A stretch of DNA of 51,146 bases. It comes from Nitrospirota bacterium (GTDB lineage Bacteria > Patescibacteriota > Gracilibacteria > UBA1369 > LOWO2-01-FULL-3). The position numbers and the translations under genes are program-made. Below the pieces are notes generated by a model, which ran no database searches, was not told the origin of the DNA, and saw nothing but the letters and a program-made list of their open reading frames with translations. Shown in pieces: positions 8,965 to 18,219 of the stretch. The stretch spans positions 1 through 51,146 of the forward strand of contig JAUVQE010000001.1 in the NCBI GenBank assembly GCA_030598325.1, in the 5' to 3' direction. Within the stretch, counting starts at the first letter, position 1. Every line of letters begins with the position of its first letter.

Positions 8965-11169
8965 ATGGAACCAAAAATTGCAAAAATGGATCTCGCAGGA
9001 CGCGAATTCAAAATCACTAATTCCCCGATTTCGACATACGCTACGGGGTACGCTACCCTTTCTCTAGGAGACACTGTAGTTATGGCTAACACTTCAATGA
9101 GCGAAAAGGGAAAAGAAGGAGCGGAATATTTCCCAATGTTCGTTGATTACGAAGAACCAATGTACGCCGCCGGAAAAATCAAAGGAAGCCGTTTCGTTAA
9201 ACGTGAAGGGCGACCTTCTGAAAACGCAGTCATTGTCTCAAGATTGATCGATCGGCCTATCCGTCCGTTATTCCCAAAAGGAACAACAAACGAAGTACAA
9301 ATCATATGTACTACTCTTTCAGCGGATCTGGAAGTTGATCCCGCAACAACAGCAATGAACGCCGCATCAGTGGCACTTCTGCTATCAGGAGCACCATTCG
9401 AAGGACCAATCGGTGCTGTGAGAATGGGGTACAAAGATGAAAAACTCATAGTAAATCCAACATATACAGAATGTGAAGAAGGAATATTGAATCTGGTGGT
9501 TGCAGGAACTATCGACGCCATCACAATGGTAGAAGCCGCGGCTAAAGAGGTTACAGAAGACGTTCTTTTGGAAGCTCTAGACCTAGCGCACAAACATATC
9601 AAAGAAATTTGCCAATTCCAGCTCGACTACGCGGCTCAATTCGAAATTAAAAAAATGGAAGCTGAGGTTGTTACGCCTGACGAAGCATTAGTAGAAAAAG
9701 TAACAGGAATGGTATCAACAGCAGATTTAGATGGAATAGTTGGGCCAACGAAAACGGAAGTTAAAAGTAAACTACACGCAATCGAAGAAAAAATATTTGA
9801 AGCCTTTGCGGAACAAATTGAAGCTGAAGAAGTCTCAAAAGGAACTCTGGCTGAAATCATAAACAAACTATTCGAAAAACAAATGAGAAAAAACATTCTC
9901 GAAAAGGAAATTAGAATAGATGGAAGAAAGCTGGACGAAGTCCGTAAAATATCTATATTCCCGGACATTCTACCAAGAGTTCACGGTTCGGTTATTTTCC
10001 AAAGAGGAGAAACAGCATCTCTTTCGGTAACAACTTTAGGAGGTCCCGGAGACGCTCAGATCGTAGACACTATGGAAGCCGATGTCACAAAGAGATATTT
10101 TCACCACTACAACTTCCCACCATACGCTGTAGGTGATATCAAGATGCTACGAGGAGCGAGCAGACGTGATATAGGACACGGAGATTTAGGAGAAAGAGCG
10201 ATTGTCCCGGTTCTCCCGGACGAAAAAGAGTTTGGATACACAATTTGGGTGAATTCACAGATCATCAAATGTAACGGATCAAGCTCAATGGCTGGTACAT
10301 GCGGATCTTGTTTGTCACTAATGGCAGCTGGTGTACCAATCAAAAGACCGGTTTCAGGAATAGCTATGGGGCTTGTCTCTGATCAAGAAAAAGGAGTATT
10401 CAAAGTTCTATCTGACATCCAGGGGATGGAGGACTTCGCCGGTGACATGGATTTCAAAGTAACTGGAACCGAGCAAGGTATCACAGCCTTACAAATGGAT
10501 ATCAAAATCAAAGGACTTTCTCTGGATCTTTTGAAGAAAGCTCTCGATCAAGCTCGTCAAGGACGTGCGCATATCCTGGCTGAAATGCTGAAAGTTATTC
10601 CGGAACCACGAAAAGAACTTTCATCTTACGCACCACTCATAATGACAATAGAGATCGATCCGGAAAAGATCGGCATGGTCATTGGTAAAGGTGGAGAAAC
10701 TATCCAGGAAATTACAAAAGAATGTGAGGTTGAAATGGACATCGCGGATGAAGGAATAATAACAATCACTGCTCCAGACCAGGCTAAGGGTATGAAAGCT
10801 AAGGAATGGGTAGAAAGAATCACATATGAACCAAAAGCGGGAGAAATATTTGAAGGGAAGGTTGTTAAAATAATGGAATTTGGAGCATTTGTAGAATTCT
10901 TGCCTGGAAAAGACGGACTGGTTCACATTTCCAAACTTTCCAAAGATAGAGTAAACAAAGTCGAAGACGTGGTAAAAATGGGAGACACAATCAAAGTAAA
11001 ATTGATGGAAGTAGACTCACAAGGACGATACAATCTATCTCACAAAGACGCGATTGGAGGTAGCCCCGAAAAAGAAGATGGCGCCAAAAAAGAAGGCGGA
11101 GCACCAGGAGGACAAAATCCGGACAAAGGAGAACCCCTGGAAGGAACCAAAGCAGTGAGAAAAGTATAA
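8965..11169 (+). CDS. pnp: polynucleotide phosphorylase
   Basis: Two RNase PH domains, a KH domain (IGKGGETIQEI) and an S1 domain (GKVVKIMEFGAFVEF). Conserved rpsO-pnp order. Confidence 0.97.
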   Translation: MEPKIAKMDLAGREFKITNSPISTYATGYATLSLGDTVVMANTSMSEKGKEGAEYFPMFVDYEEPMYAAGKIKGSRFVKREGRPSENAVIVSRLIDRPIRPLFPKGTTNEVQIICTTLSADLEVDPATTAMNAASVALLLSGAPFEGPIGAVRMGYKDEKLIVNPTYTECEEGILNLVVAGTIDAITMVEAAAKEVTEDVLLEALDLAHKHIKEICQFQLDYAAQFEIKKMEAEVVTPDEALVEKVTGMVSTADLDGIVGPTKTEVKSKLHAIEEKIFEAFAEQIEAEEVSKGTLAEIINKLFEKQMRKNILEKEIRIDGRKLDEVRKISIFPDILPRVHGSVIFQRGETASLSVTTLGGPGDAQIVDTMEADVTKRYFHHYNFPPYAVGDIKMLRGASRRDIGHGDLGERAIVPVLPDEKEFGYTIWVNSQIIKCNGSSSMAGTCGSCLSLMAAGVPIKRPVSGIAMGLVSDQEKGVFKVLSDIQGMEDFAGDMDFKVTGTEQGITALQMDIKIKGLSLDLLKKALDQARQGRAHILAEMLKVIPEPRKELSSYAPLIMTIEIDPEKIGMVIGKGGETIQEITKECEVEMDIADEGIITITAPDQAKGMKAKEWVERITYEPKAGEIFEGKVVKIMEFGAFVEFLPGKDGLVHISKLSKDRVNKVEDVVKMGDTIKVKLMEVDSQGRYNLSHKDAIGGSPEKEDGAKKEGGAPGGQNPDKGEPLEGTKAVRKV

Positions 11170-11187
11170 AGCCCACATCAAAACAGC

Positions 11188-11262
11188 GCGGGTATCGTAT
11201 AGCGGCTATTACATTGCCTTGCCAAGGCAGAGATACGGGTTCGACTCCCGTTACCCGCTCCA
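11188..11262 (+). tRNA. tRNA-Gly (anticodon GCC), CCA encoded
   Basis: Hand-folded cloverleaf. Acceptor GCGGGTA/TACCCGC, anticodon stem TTGCC/GGCAG with loop TTGCCAA, T arm ACGGG-TTCGACT-CCCGT. Confidence 0.9.
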
Positions 11263-11329
11263 TTGCTACGAAGAGGGAACAAAGTGACCGATTGAGTAGG
11301 AATGGGCGGAGTACGTCGCCCTGCGACGC

Positions 11330-11339
11330 ACCCGCTCCA
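11330..11339 (+). repeat. 10-nt direct repeat of the tRNA-Gly 3' end (ACCCGCTCCA)
   Basis: Identical to 11253-11262. Preceded by a degenerate T-arm-like hairpin GGGCG...CGCCC (11304-11321). Confidence 0.6.
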
Positions 11340-11407
11340 GAGTTTATTGGCTTGTTAAAAGCGTATTTGAGACTTATGGTATGCTTAAATAAACCTAATC
11401 GAAATAT

Positions 11408-11608
11408 ATGAATTATAAAAAATTGAATCTATTAAGATTTGGAATTTTCGGAGGATTTTTTGGAGGAATAATTGCCATAATCGGATTTTGGATATTATCA
11501 CCTCCAACAGATTCAGTAATTCTCTTTGTAGTACTTAGGATGATAATAGGATCAATAGTCGCAATGATTGCATGTCCAATATTGATGCATAGAAAAACAA
11601 AAAAATAA
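11408..11608 (+). CDS. small two-TM membrane protein
   Basis: 66-aa ORF with two hydrophobic helices and a basic C-terminus. Confidence 0.45.
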   Translation: MNYKKLNLLRFGIFGGFFGGIIAIIGFWILSPPTDSVILFVVLRMIIGSIVAMIACPILMHRKTKK

Positions 11609-11633
11609 ATTCAAATCAAACGGGCTTCATCCA

Positions 11634-12068
11634 TCACTTAATCGTTTGCTTAATCGCAAATTCCAACTTTTCAGGTTCATCCGTGCCTATCCTATATGTT
11701 TTACCGTTTTTCATCTTTATCTCAACTGCATCAAAACCGGAAATATTGTAAATCAACATATAAGGCCAAAACCAGACTCTTATACCCCATCCGTAATACC
11801 AATGATTTCTTACTTTTTTTGCCGAAATTATTTCCCTAAGTAAAAAGCTCTTTCTGAATATGCCGTAACCGAATTTAATCCGCAGATGATTTCCGTCAAT
11901 CATTACATTGAGGGACGCAAAAGAAGTGATAAGAAACAGGATGAGAAACAATACGACAACAAGGATTGGATCCAAACCGGCTTGTGACAAAATACTCCCG
12001 AAAAGTAAAGTGAGGGCAACTAAAACAAATATCATCAAATACCCAATTTGGGTGTGCTTGTAAGGCAT
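11634..12068 (-). CDS. membrane protein, unknown function
   Basis: 144 aa. Two N-terminal TM helices plus a soluble beta-rich C-terminal part. Confidence 0.55.
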   Translation of the reverse strand: MPYKHTQIGYLMIFVLVALTLLFGSILSQAGLDPILVVVLFLILFLITSFASLNVMIDGNHLRIKFGYGIFRKSFLLREIISAKKVRNHWYYGWGIRVWFWPYMLIYNISGFDAVEIKMKNGKTYRIGTDEPEKLEFAIKQTIK

Positions 12069-12096
12069 ATTGCCAATTTAATTATATTACCTGGTT

Positions 12097-12417
12097 TTAA
12101 GGAGTTTCCACTTCTTTCTCCACTTCCACTTCTTCCTCACAAAACTTCAATTTCCACCATTCTCCATCTTTGTCCCACTTATCCATCTTTACCATAAAAA
12201 GAGAACTGCCGGCCATTCCCAAAAGACCAACAACAAGTAAACCAATAACCCATTTTTTCAGTTGTTTTTTGTCAAGCGTACGAATAGCCCATACAAGAAA
12301 GAGAATAATTCCAAGAAGGAATAGGAGACAGAAAAATTTCACAAAAAGAAAACCGACTCCAATGTGTGCATATCCCATCATAATAATGAGGTTAAGAAAT
12401 ACAACTAAGGAAATCAT
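12097..12417 (-). CDS. membrane protein, unknown function
   Basis: 106 aa. Three hydrophobic helices and an acidic C-terminus. Confidence 0.5.
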   Translation of the reverse strand: MISLVVFLNLIIMMGYAHIGVGFLFVKFFCLLFLLGIILFLVWAIRTLDKKQLKKWVIGLLVVGLLGMAGSSLFMVKMDKWDKDGEWWKLKFCEEEVEVEKEVETP

Positions 12418-12493
12418 AGCAACTTAAACGTGTCCTGTCCAAAGAGTTCTAGCAAGTACGCAGCGCGCTTTCAACGCGGAGCTCCAACTTTTT

Positions 12494-13258
12494 TTACTTA
12501 TTATCATCATTTCCGGGACCGTCTTCTGCATTCTCATGAGCTTGCTCTGAAGCAGTAGCAGGTAGCTCATGAGCCACACCATCGGCGGTACCATCAGGTA
12601 TACCATCAGCGGCAGTATCGGGCGCGCCAATAGTTTCACCATCGGGTACACCATCGGCGTCACCGTCAGCGGCCTCATCGGGCGCGCCAATAGTCTCTCC
12701 ATCGGGCACACCATCGGCCGGTACATCTTCCGTTTCATCGTCCTCATCTATTGTAGTTTCAATATCAACTTCAACAGTCTCTTCTTCATCTTCAATAGCG
12801 GTTTCAACTTCATCAATTGCTTCGACTACTTGTTCCTGTTCTTCAGTAGTTGTCGTAATCGCGTCGTCAATAGCGTCAGTTATCTCCTCACTCTCCACCA
12901 CCTCAAGAGCTTCATTAAATATTTCCGTTGAGTCGGTTTGAAGTTCATTAATATCTTCCAGGATTGTTTGAAGTTCTTCCGGATTAGAACTTTCATCGGC
13001 AATTTCAATTGCGGCTTCGGTTTCCTCTACAACTTGTGCAATAAGCTCTTCGATGAGAGCTTCATTCACCTCTTCGCCCGCCTCTTTTGCGGCAAGAAGT
13101 TCTTCCAACTCAGCCAAAGCTTCCTCAGCTTTATCAACATGGTAGTCAGGACTCTGCTCACACATCATCAATCCGGTGCAACTACCAACCAACAGCAACA
13201 GAAGAAGCATTGCGATAAATATCCTTCTTCTGAGATTTTTTTGTTTTGAATCATTCAT
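12494..13258 (-). CDS. hyper-acidic repeat lipoprotein
   Basis: ATG 13258 (MNDSKQKNLRRRIFIAMLLLLLLVGSC, lipobox), then Glu/Asp-rich sequence with a tandem 20-aa repeat DGVPDGETIGAPD.AADG. Confidence 0.65.
   Translation of the reverse strand: MNDSKQKNLRRRIFIAMLLLLLLVGSCTGLMMCEQSPDYHVDKAEEALAELEELLAAKEAGEEVNEALIEELIAQVVEETEAAIEIADESSNPEELQTILEDINELQTDSTEIFNEALEVVESEEITDAIDDAITTTTEEQEQVVEAIDEVETAIEDEEETVEVDIETTIDEDDETEDVPADGVPDGETIGAPDEAADGDADGVPDGETIGAPDTAADGIPDGTADGVAHELPATASEQAHENAEDGPGNDDNK
12604..12723. repeat. 2 x 60-nt in-frame tandem repeat
   Basis: 12604-12663 and 12664-12723 are roughly 85 percent identical by eye. Confidence 0.8.
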
Positions 13259-13365
13259 AATTAATTTGATTAAAAAATACAACCACACAATTCTACTGTA
13301 GAAAACGGTATTAAGCGCTTTGTGTTACGGCAAAACCATTTTCTCTGTTTTATTGAATTTTACAG

Positions 13366-13394
13366 TTGACTTCATTTTGAAAATATGCTATCCT
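13366..13394 (+). promoter_or_regulatory. candidate promoter of the structured RNA / nifS leader
   Basis: TTGACT (13366-13371), 17-nt spacer, TATCCT (13389-13394). Confidence 0.5.
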
Positions 13395-13400
13395 ATAGAT

Positions 13401-13625
13401 AGTTAAGAAATAAAAACAAAAGATCATTTACATCACAGACTCATTCATTTCCCTGGAGGGAGCTTTCTTTGACCGGTTATGTTACTTCGGTACTGTAGTC
13501 GATTGAAGAAAGCTCTCTCTTGGGAAGTATTTATGTTCACCTCGGTGGATGTAAATATTTTTCTTGAGAACCTTGAGAAAGCCACATTTTTTATTCAATT
13601 AAGGAGTGTGGCTTTTTCTTTATTT
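13401..13625 (+). ncRNA. unclassified structured RNA or transcription-attenuating leader upstream of nifS
   Basis: Hairpin 13449-13526 has a 13-bp plus a 5-bp helix. Hairpin 13527-13558 has 14 bp (5 of them G-U). A direct repeat CTTGAGAA x2 follows, then an intrinsic terminator. Confidence 0.45.
13575..13625 (+). terminator. intrinsic terminator
   Basis: 12-bp stem GAGAAAGCCACA/TGTGGCTTTTTC with a 20-nt loop, followed by TTTATTT. Confidence 0.6.
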
Positions 13626-13689
13626 GCACGTTTTCTTATTGATATATCTTCTTTATTTGTTACTGTACTTGGGCAAATAAGACCATCTT

Positions 13690-14835
13690 ATGCAGGTATA
13701 TCTCGACAATTCGGCTACAACAAAACTAGATAAAAGAGTCCTGAAAAAAATGTATCCATATTTCTCTGAAAATTATGGAAATGCTTCGTCGATTCATTTT
13801 ATGGGAGAAGACGCTAACAAAGCTCTTGATGAAGCAAAAAAAGAAATCGGAAAAATTCTGAATTGTGGTCAGAAGAACATAATATTTACTTCCGGAGCAT
13901 CCGAAGCAAACAATTTAATAATAAAAGGAATCGCAAGGGCCAATAAGGAAAAGCGGAATACAATTCTCGTTTCCGAAATAGAACACTCTTCCGTTCTCGC
14001 ACCGGTGGAACAACTCGGTAAAGAAGGGTTTAAAATTAAATACATTCCGGTAGATGAAAATGGTCAAATAAAAATGTCCGAATTTGAGAAAATGCTCGAC
14101 GAAAAAGTTTTATTGGTTTCTGTAATGACAGTGAATAACGAAATCGGAACAATTCAGGATATAAAAACAATTTCAAAATTGACTCACAAAAAAGGAGCAT
14201 TATTCCACACAGACGCGGTTCAGGCCGTTCCTTATCTGAAACTCGATATCAATAATTCCGAAATAGATTTTTTAAGCCTGTCAGCGCACAAATTCTACGG
14301 ACCGAAAGGAGTGGGATTGGCATATGTAAACAGAAAATACAAAATCTTTCCGATAATTGACGGGGGAGAACAGGAATATGGAATAAGATCCGGAACTCAC
14401 AACATTCCGGGAATAGTCGGAATGGCGGAAGCTCTAAAACTTGCTTACAAAGAAAAAACAACTCATTTAAAAGAACTAAGAGACTACATGTGGGACAGAA
14501 TGAAAGCGGAAATTCCAAATATAAATTTAAATGGAGATTCAAGGAGTCGCATTCCAAACAATTTAAATGTAAGATTCGAAAGCATTGAAGGCGAGGCAAT
14601 CGTGATAGAATTATCGACAAAAGGGATATGTGTAGGAACAGGCTCCGCATGCTCGTCCAAAAAACTAAGAGCCTCCCACGTCCTGAAAGCAATCGGATTA
14701 AAAGACGAGCACCTAAACAGCAACGTTCGCTTTACACTCGGAAAATTCAATACAAAAAAAGAAATCGACCACACAGTGGATTCACTCAAAAAAGTGGTAA
14801 AAAGGCTGAGAAGTTTCACGTCTATAAAAAAATAA
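13690..14835 (+). CDS. nifS: cysteine desulfurase (NifS/IscS type)
   Basis: Class V aminotransferase fold. PLP-Lys context SAHKFYGPKG and active-site loop GSACSS. Confidence 0.9.
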   Translation: MQVYLDNSATTKLDKRVLKKMYPYFSENYGNASSIHFMGEDANKALDEAKKEIGKILNCGQKNIIFTSGASEANNLIIKGIARANKEKRNTILVSEIEHSSVLAPVEQLGKEGFKIKYIPVDENGQIKMSEFEKMLDEKVLLVSVMTVNNEIGTIQDIKTISKLTHKKGALFHTDAVQAVPYLKLDINNSEIDFLSLSAHKFYGPKGVGLAYVNRKYKIFPIIDGGEQEYGIRSGTHNIPGIVGMAEALKLAYKEKTTHLKELRDYMWDRMKAEIPNINLNGDSRSRIPNNLNVRFESIEGEAIVIELSTKGICVGTGSACSSKKLRASHVLKAIGLKDEHLNSNVRFTLGKFNTKKEIDHTVDSLKKVVKRLRSFTSIKK

Positions 14836-14848
14836 CACCCGCACCCAA

Positions 14849-15271
14849 ATGGCTCTGAAATATACAAAAAAAGTAATGGATAACTTCCTCCACCCCAAAA
14901 ATATTGGGGAAATAAAGAACCCGGACGGATATGCCGAAGTGGGGAACCCGATTTGCGGAGACATGTTGACATTTACAATCAAAGTAAAGAATAAAAAAAT
15001 CACAGATATAAAGTATCTGTCTTTTGGATGCGCTTCGAACATTGCCACAGCTTCCGTTATGACAGAAAAGGTAAAAGGAATGACACTCGAAAAGGCTAAA
15101 AAATTTAAATGGGAAACGATAATAAATGAGCTGGGAGGTCTTCCCAAACAAAAAATACACTGCTCGGTACTCGTCATAAAAGGTCTTCAAAAAGCCATCG
15201 AAGACTACGAAACAAAAAGCGGAAAGAAAACACCCCATCGCATAAAAACCCATCTTTCAAAAAAACTATGA
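14849..15271 (+). CDS. nifU: Fe-S cluster scaffold (IscU / NifU N-terminal domain)
   Basis: Three conserved Cys contexts: GNPICGD, SFGCASN and IHCSVL. Confidence 0.85.
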   Translation: MALKYTKKVMDNFLHPKNIGEIKNPDGYAEVGNPICGDMLTFTIKVKNKKITDIKYLSFGCASNIATASVMTEKVKGMTLEKAKKFKWETIINELGGLPKQKIHCSVLVIKGLQKAIEDYETKSGKKTPHRIKTHLSKKL

Positions 15272-16344
15272 AAATAGCCGTTCTTGTTTCAGGTGGGGTG
15301 GACAGCTCAGTGGCGCTCAAACTTTTGAAAGAGCAGGGGCACGACGTGACCGCATACTACATAAAAATCTGGTTGGAAGACGAAATGGCGTTTTTCGGCA
15401 ACTGCCCATGGGAAAAAGACCTTACATTCGTACGAAAAATTTGCAAGAAGGACAATATTCCACTAAAAATCATCAATCTGCAAAAAGAATACTTCGATAC
15501 GGTAGTAAAATATACGATTTCCGAAGTGTCATCAGGAAGAACCCCAAATCCCGACATCATGTGCAACAACAACATCAAATTCGGGCTCTTTTTCAAAAAA
15601 ATCGACCTAAAAAAATACGACAAAATAGCCACCGGCCACTACGCTCAAATTATCAAAAAATCAAACCGATACCTCCTGAAAAAAGCTCCCGACCCAATAA
15701 AAGATCAGACCTATTTTCTTTCAAATCTGAAACAATCCCAACTCAAAAAACTCATATTCCCAATAGGGCATCTCACCAAAGCGGAAGTCCGCAAACTCGC
15801 TCGCAAATTCAAACTTCCAAACGCATCACGCAAAGACAGTCAGGGCATCTGCTTTCTCGGTAAAATAAAATATTCGGAATTTATCCGCCATTACCTCGGC
15901 GAAAAAAAAGGAGAAATCCGCAATTTCGAAACAAAGGAAAAAATGGGGGAACACGAGGGGTTCTGGTACTACACAATCGGCCAGCGTAAAGGAATCAAAA
16001 TTGGAGGAATAAAAAACAGCACCGGCAAGCCATTCTACGTTGTGGCGAAAAACACAAAGAAAAACATCGTCTACGTATCAAACAACTACCACGCTCTCGA
16101 CCAAAAACGAGACACACTGGAAGTGACCAAATTCAACTGGTTCGCCGGCACTCCACCAACCAAAAAAACTCTCAACGTAAAGCTCCGCCACGGCGAACAC
16201 GAATACAAATGTCGCATAAAATTCCTCAATAAATCCAGAGCCCAACTCAAACTAAACTCACCCGACCAGGGCATCGCCCCCGGCCAGTTCGTGGCATTTT
16301 ATGACAAAGATATATGCCTTGGCTCAGCCGTTATTACTCGCTGA
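15268..16344 (+). CDS. mnmA: tRNA-specific 2-thiouridylase
   Basis: PP-loop SGGVDSS. ATGA overlap with the scaffold gene. Confidence 0.92.
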   Translation: MKIAVLVSGGVDSSVALKLLKEQGHDVTAYYIKIWLEDEMAFFGNCPWEKDLTFVRKICKKDNIPLKIINLQKEYFDTVVKYTISEVSSGRTPNPDIMCNNNIKFGLFFKKIDLKKYDKIATGHYAQIIKKSNRYLLKKAPDPIKDQTYFLSNLKQSQLKKLIFPIGHLTKAEVRKLARKFKLPNASRKDSQGICFLGKIKYSEFIRHYLGEKKGEIRNFETKEKMGEHEGFWYYTIGQRKGIKIGGIKNSTGKPFYVVAKNTKKNIVYVSNNYHALDQKRDTLEVTKFNWFAGTPPTKKTLNVKLRHGEHEYKCRIKFLNKSRAQLKLNSPDQGIAPGQFVAFYDKDICLGSAVITR

Positions 16345-17869
16345 CATACTCCTTTATCAGCTTCGCCGCCTTCTGCAAATTCGAAAAAGTAAGATTCGGC
16401 AACGACCCGCGAGCAAAAGTTCGATAATCTTTTTTCGACCGTTCCTCCTCAGAGAAAAATAAATTTGCGGGAATCAGAATCACACCTTTTTTTGCCAATC
16501 CCAGGAAAAGCTCCTCCGGCTCAAGCCCATTTTTGTTAAAACCCGGAATGCTTTTAAGATCAAAACACGAATAATAAAGATTTTTGTTATAAGGAAGACC
16601 CAAAATTTCATAAAAACTCTCCATATTAATCCTGATTCGCTTCAAATACTCGGCTCTATCCTCATCACCAAAAATCATATGCGATATGCCCAAATATTGC
16701 GACGGTCCGGTCACAAAAGTAACATGTTGGAATTCCCCGCGAATCTCACCGGGAGCCTTGGCAAACACCAATAACTGCATTAAGTCACTAGCAGTATCCA
16801 ACCGACCTCCCAAAATATTCTCTGCAATATACTTCTGCGCTTCTTTCGCGATCACAAATTCTCCAAACCGCAAACCGGTCGATCTCTCAATTTTACTCCG
16901 CCCACTAATCATAATCGACCTATTCCTCGCAAAACTCATAATATTTTTCTTCCTTTCAAAGAAAAAATCAGTATAAACCTCATCCGAAACAATAAGAGCA
17001 TTCCGCTTTTCTGCAAATTCCGCGATCTTCTTCAAAAATTCCTCGTCATTCATAAATCCTGTCGGATTATTCGGGTCAATAAGGCAAATCAACTTCACAT
17101 TTTCAGGCGCGCCCGCCAAAATCTCATCCAAATCCCCGACAACCCCACCGGTAGCGGGATCAATAGGTATAGAAAAAGTCGTAAGCCCCCGATTCTCAAT
17201 AATTGTATTATAAGGAGCATAAACAGGCGATCCCAGCATTACACAATCTCCTTCGCGCAAAAACCCGATCTCCGAATCACACAAAACCTTAAAAATCGTA
17301 CCAATTCCATGCGAAACTCCTGCAACAAGAATCAAATCCCGATAATCAACGCCAAGCCCCAGTTTTTTATTATAATGATCGGCAATAACCAGCCTCACCA
17401 AAGTCTCTCCCTGCGGATCCAGATAAGAACCACCGCTAACCACCGAATACTTAAAAATCTCAAAAATCACTTTCTTTTTATCCCAATTCAGCCCTTGTTC
17501 CCGCGCGTACTTCTCAACACGAGTTAAAAAGAAATAAAAATTCTTCTTCACACGCTCCGCTTTTTCCGCCGAATAAACCCGATCCGCCAAAGACTGAATC
17601 TTCTGCCAAAGAGCCTCAAAATCATCCCGATTATCGGAAACAAAGTGCTCATCCGGATTATTCAGCATCTGATCAATTTCCAGTAAAAACCCATAAAACT
17701 CACGCCCGTGAACGGAAGGCGAAAACCCATAACCCGGATCGCCACGCGAAAGATCAACAACATTCTCCTCACCTAGCTGGCTGTCCGCAACCGCACGCAA
17801 ATATCGAAAAATCCGAAACGGATTATCTTCCCGCAAATCAAAACCCCATTTATTATCTCGCAATTTCAT
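16334..17869 (-). CDS. class I/II PLP-dependent aminotransferase (long form)
   Basis: PLP-Lys context SGRSKIERSTGLRFG. ATG 17869 lies 1 nt after the ferredoxin stop; the track start 17938 would overlap ferredoxin. Confidence 0.8.
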   Translation of the reverse strand: MKLRDNKWGFDLREDNPFRIFRYLRAVADSQLGEENVVDLSRGDPGYGFSPSVHGREFYGFLLEIDQMLNNPDEHFVSDNRDDFEALWQKIQSLADRVYSAEKAERVKKNFYFFLTRVEKYAREQGLNWDKKKVIFEIFKYSVVSGGSYLDPQGETLVRLVIADHYNKKLGLGVDYRDLILVAGVSHGIGTIFKVLCDSEIGFLREGDCVMLGSPVYAPYNTIIENRGLTTFSIPIDPATGGVVGDLDEILAGAPENVKLICLIDPNNPTGFMNDEEFLKKIAEFAEKRNALIVSDEVYTDFFFERKKNIMSFARNRSIMISGRSKIERSTGLRFGEFVIAKEAQKYIAENILGGRLDTASDLMQLLVFAKAPGEIRGEFQHVTFVTGPSQYLGISHMIFGDEDRAEYLKRIRINMESFYEILGLPYNKNLYYSCFDLKSIPGFNKNGLEPEELFLGLAKKGVILIPANLFFSEEERSKKDYRTFARGSLPNLTFSNLQKAAKLIKEYVSE

Positions 17870-17870
17870 A

Positions 17871-18152
17871 TTACGTTCCTTCAATTTCACAGTCCCCTTT
17901 GACCTTGCACTGGCAGGCGAGCCGATGTTCATCATCATCCATCCCCATCACGCTCAACGTGTTCTTTTCCTTATCTCCTTTGGGGGACAAATTTTCCGCA
18001 CCAGCGGTCGTTTTGATTATACAAGTTCCGCATACCCCATCTTCACATCCATACGCAATCGGCCAACCTTTTTCTTTGGTGGCGTCTTTAAGTTCGGTTC
18101 CTTCTTCCACTTCCGCTGTATCACCTGTATTTTTGAATTTTACTTTTAGCAT
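17871..18152 (-). CDS. 2Fe-2S ferredoxin
   Basis: CEDGVCGTC...C (Cx4Cx2C...C) plant-type cluster pattern. 93 aa. Confidence 0.8.
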   Translation of the reverse strand: MLKVKFKNTGDTAEVEEGTELKDATKEKGWPIAYGCEDGVCGTCIIKTTAGAENLSPKGDKEKNTLSVMGMDDDEHRLACQCKVKGDCEIEGT

Positions 18153-18169
18153 GTCTATAAATTATCACT

Positions 18170-18198
18170 TTGCATATATTTTGCCAAATGAATATAAT
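18170..18198 (+). promoter_or_regulatory. near-consensus promoter of ispG
   Basis: TTGCAT (18170-18175), 17-nt spacer, TATAAT (18193-18198). Confidence 0.6.
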
Positions 18199-18219
18199 TA
18201 AGCTCCATTAAGCGACATT

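Noticed and set aside
12424-12931. Alternative frames in the acidic repeat gene (12424-12747 minus, Met/Pro-rich; 12569-12931 plus)
   Set aside because: These are frame artefacts of the repeat. Only the acidic frame has a signal peptide and lipobox and is continuous over the whole region.
13479-13733. 84-aa ORF spanning the candidate leader RNA, its terminator and the nifS start
   Set aside because: It crosses a strong terminator hairpin and overlaps the nifS start. It has no RBS and no protein-like features.
16334-17938. Longer version of the aminotransferase ORF starting at 17938
   Set aside because: It would overlap the ferredoxin gene by 68 nt. The internal ATG 17869 sits 1 nt after the ferredoxin stop, and the conserved sequence starts there.
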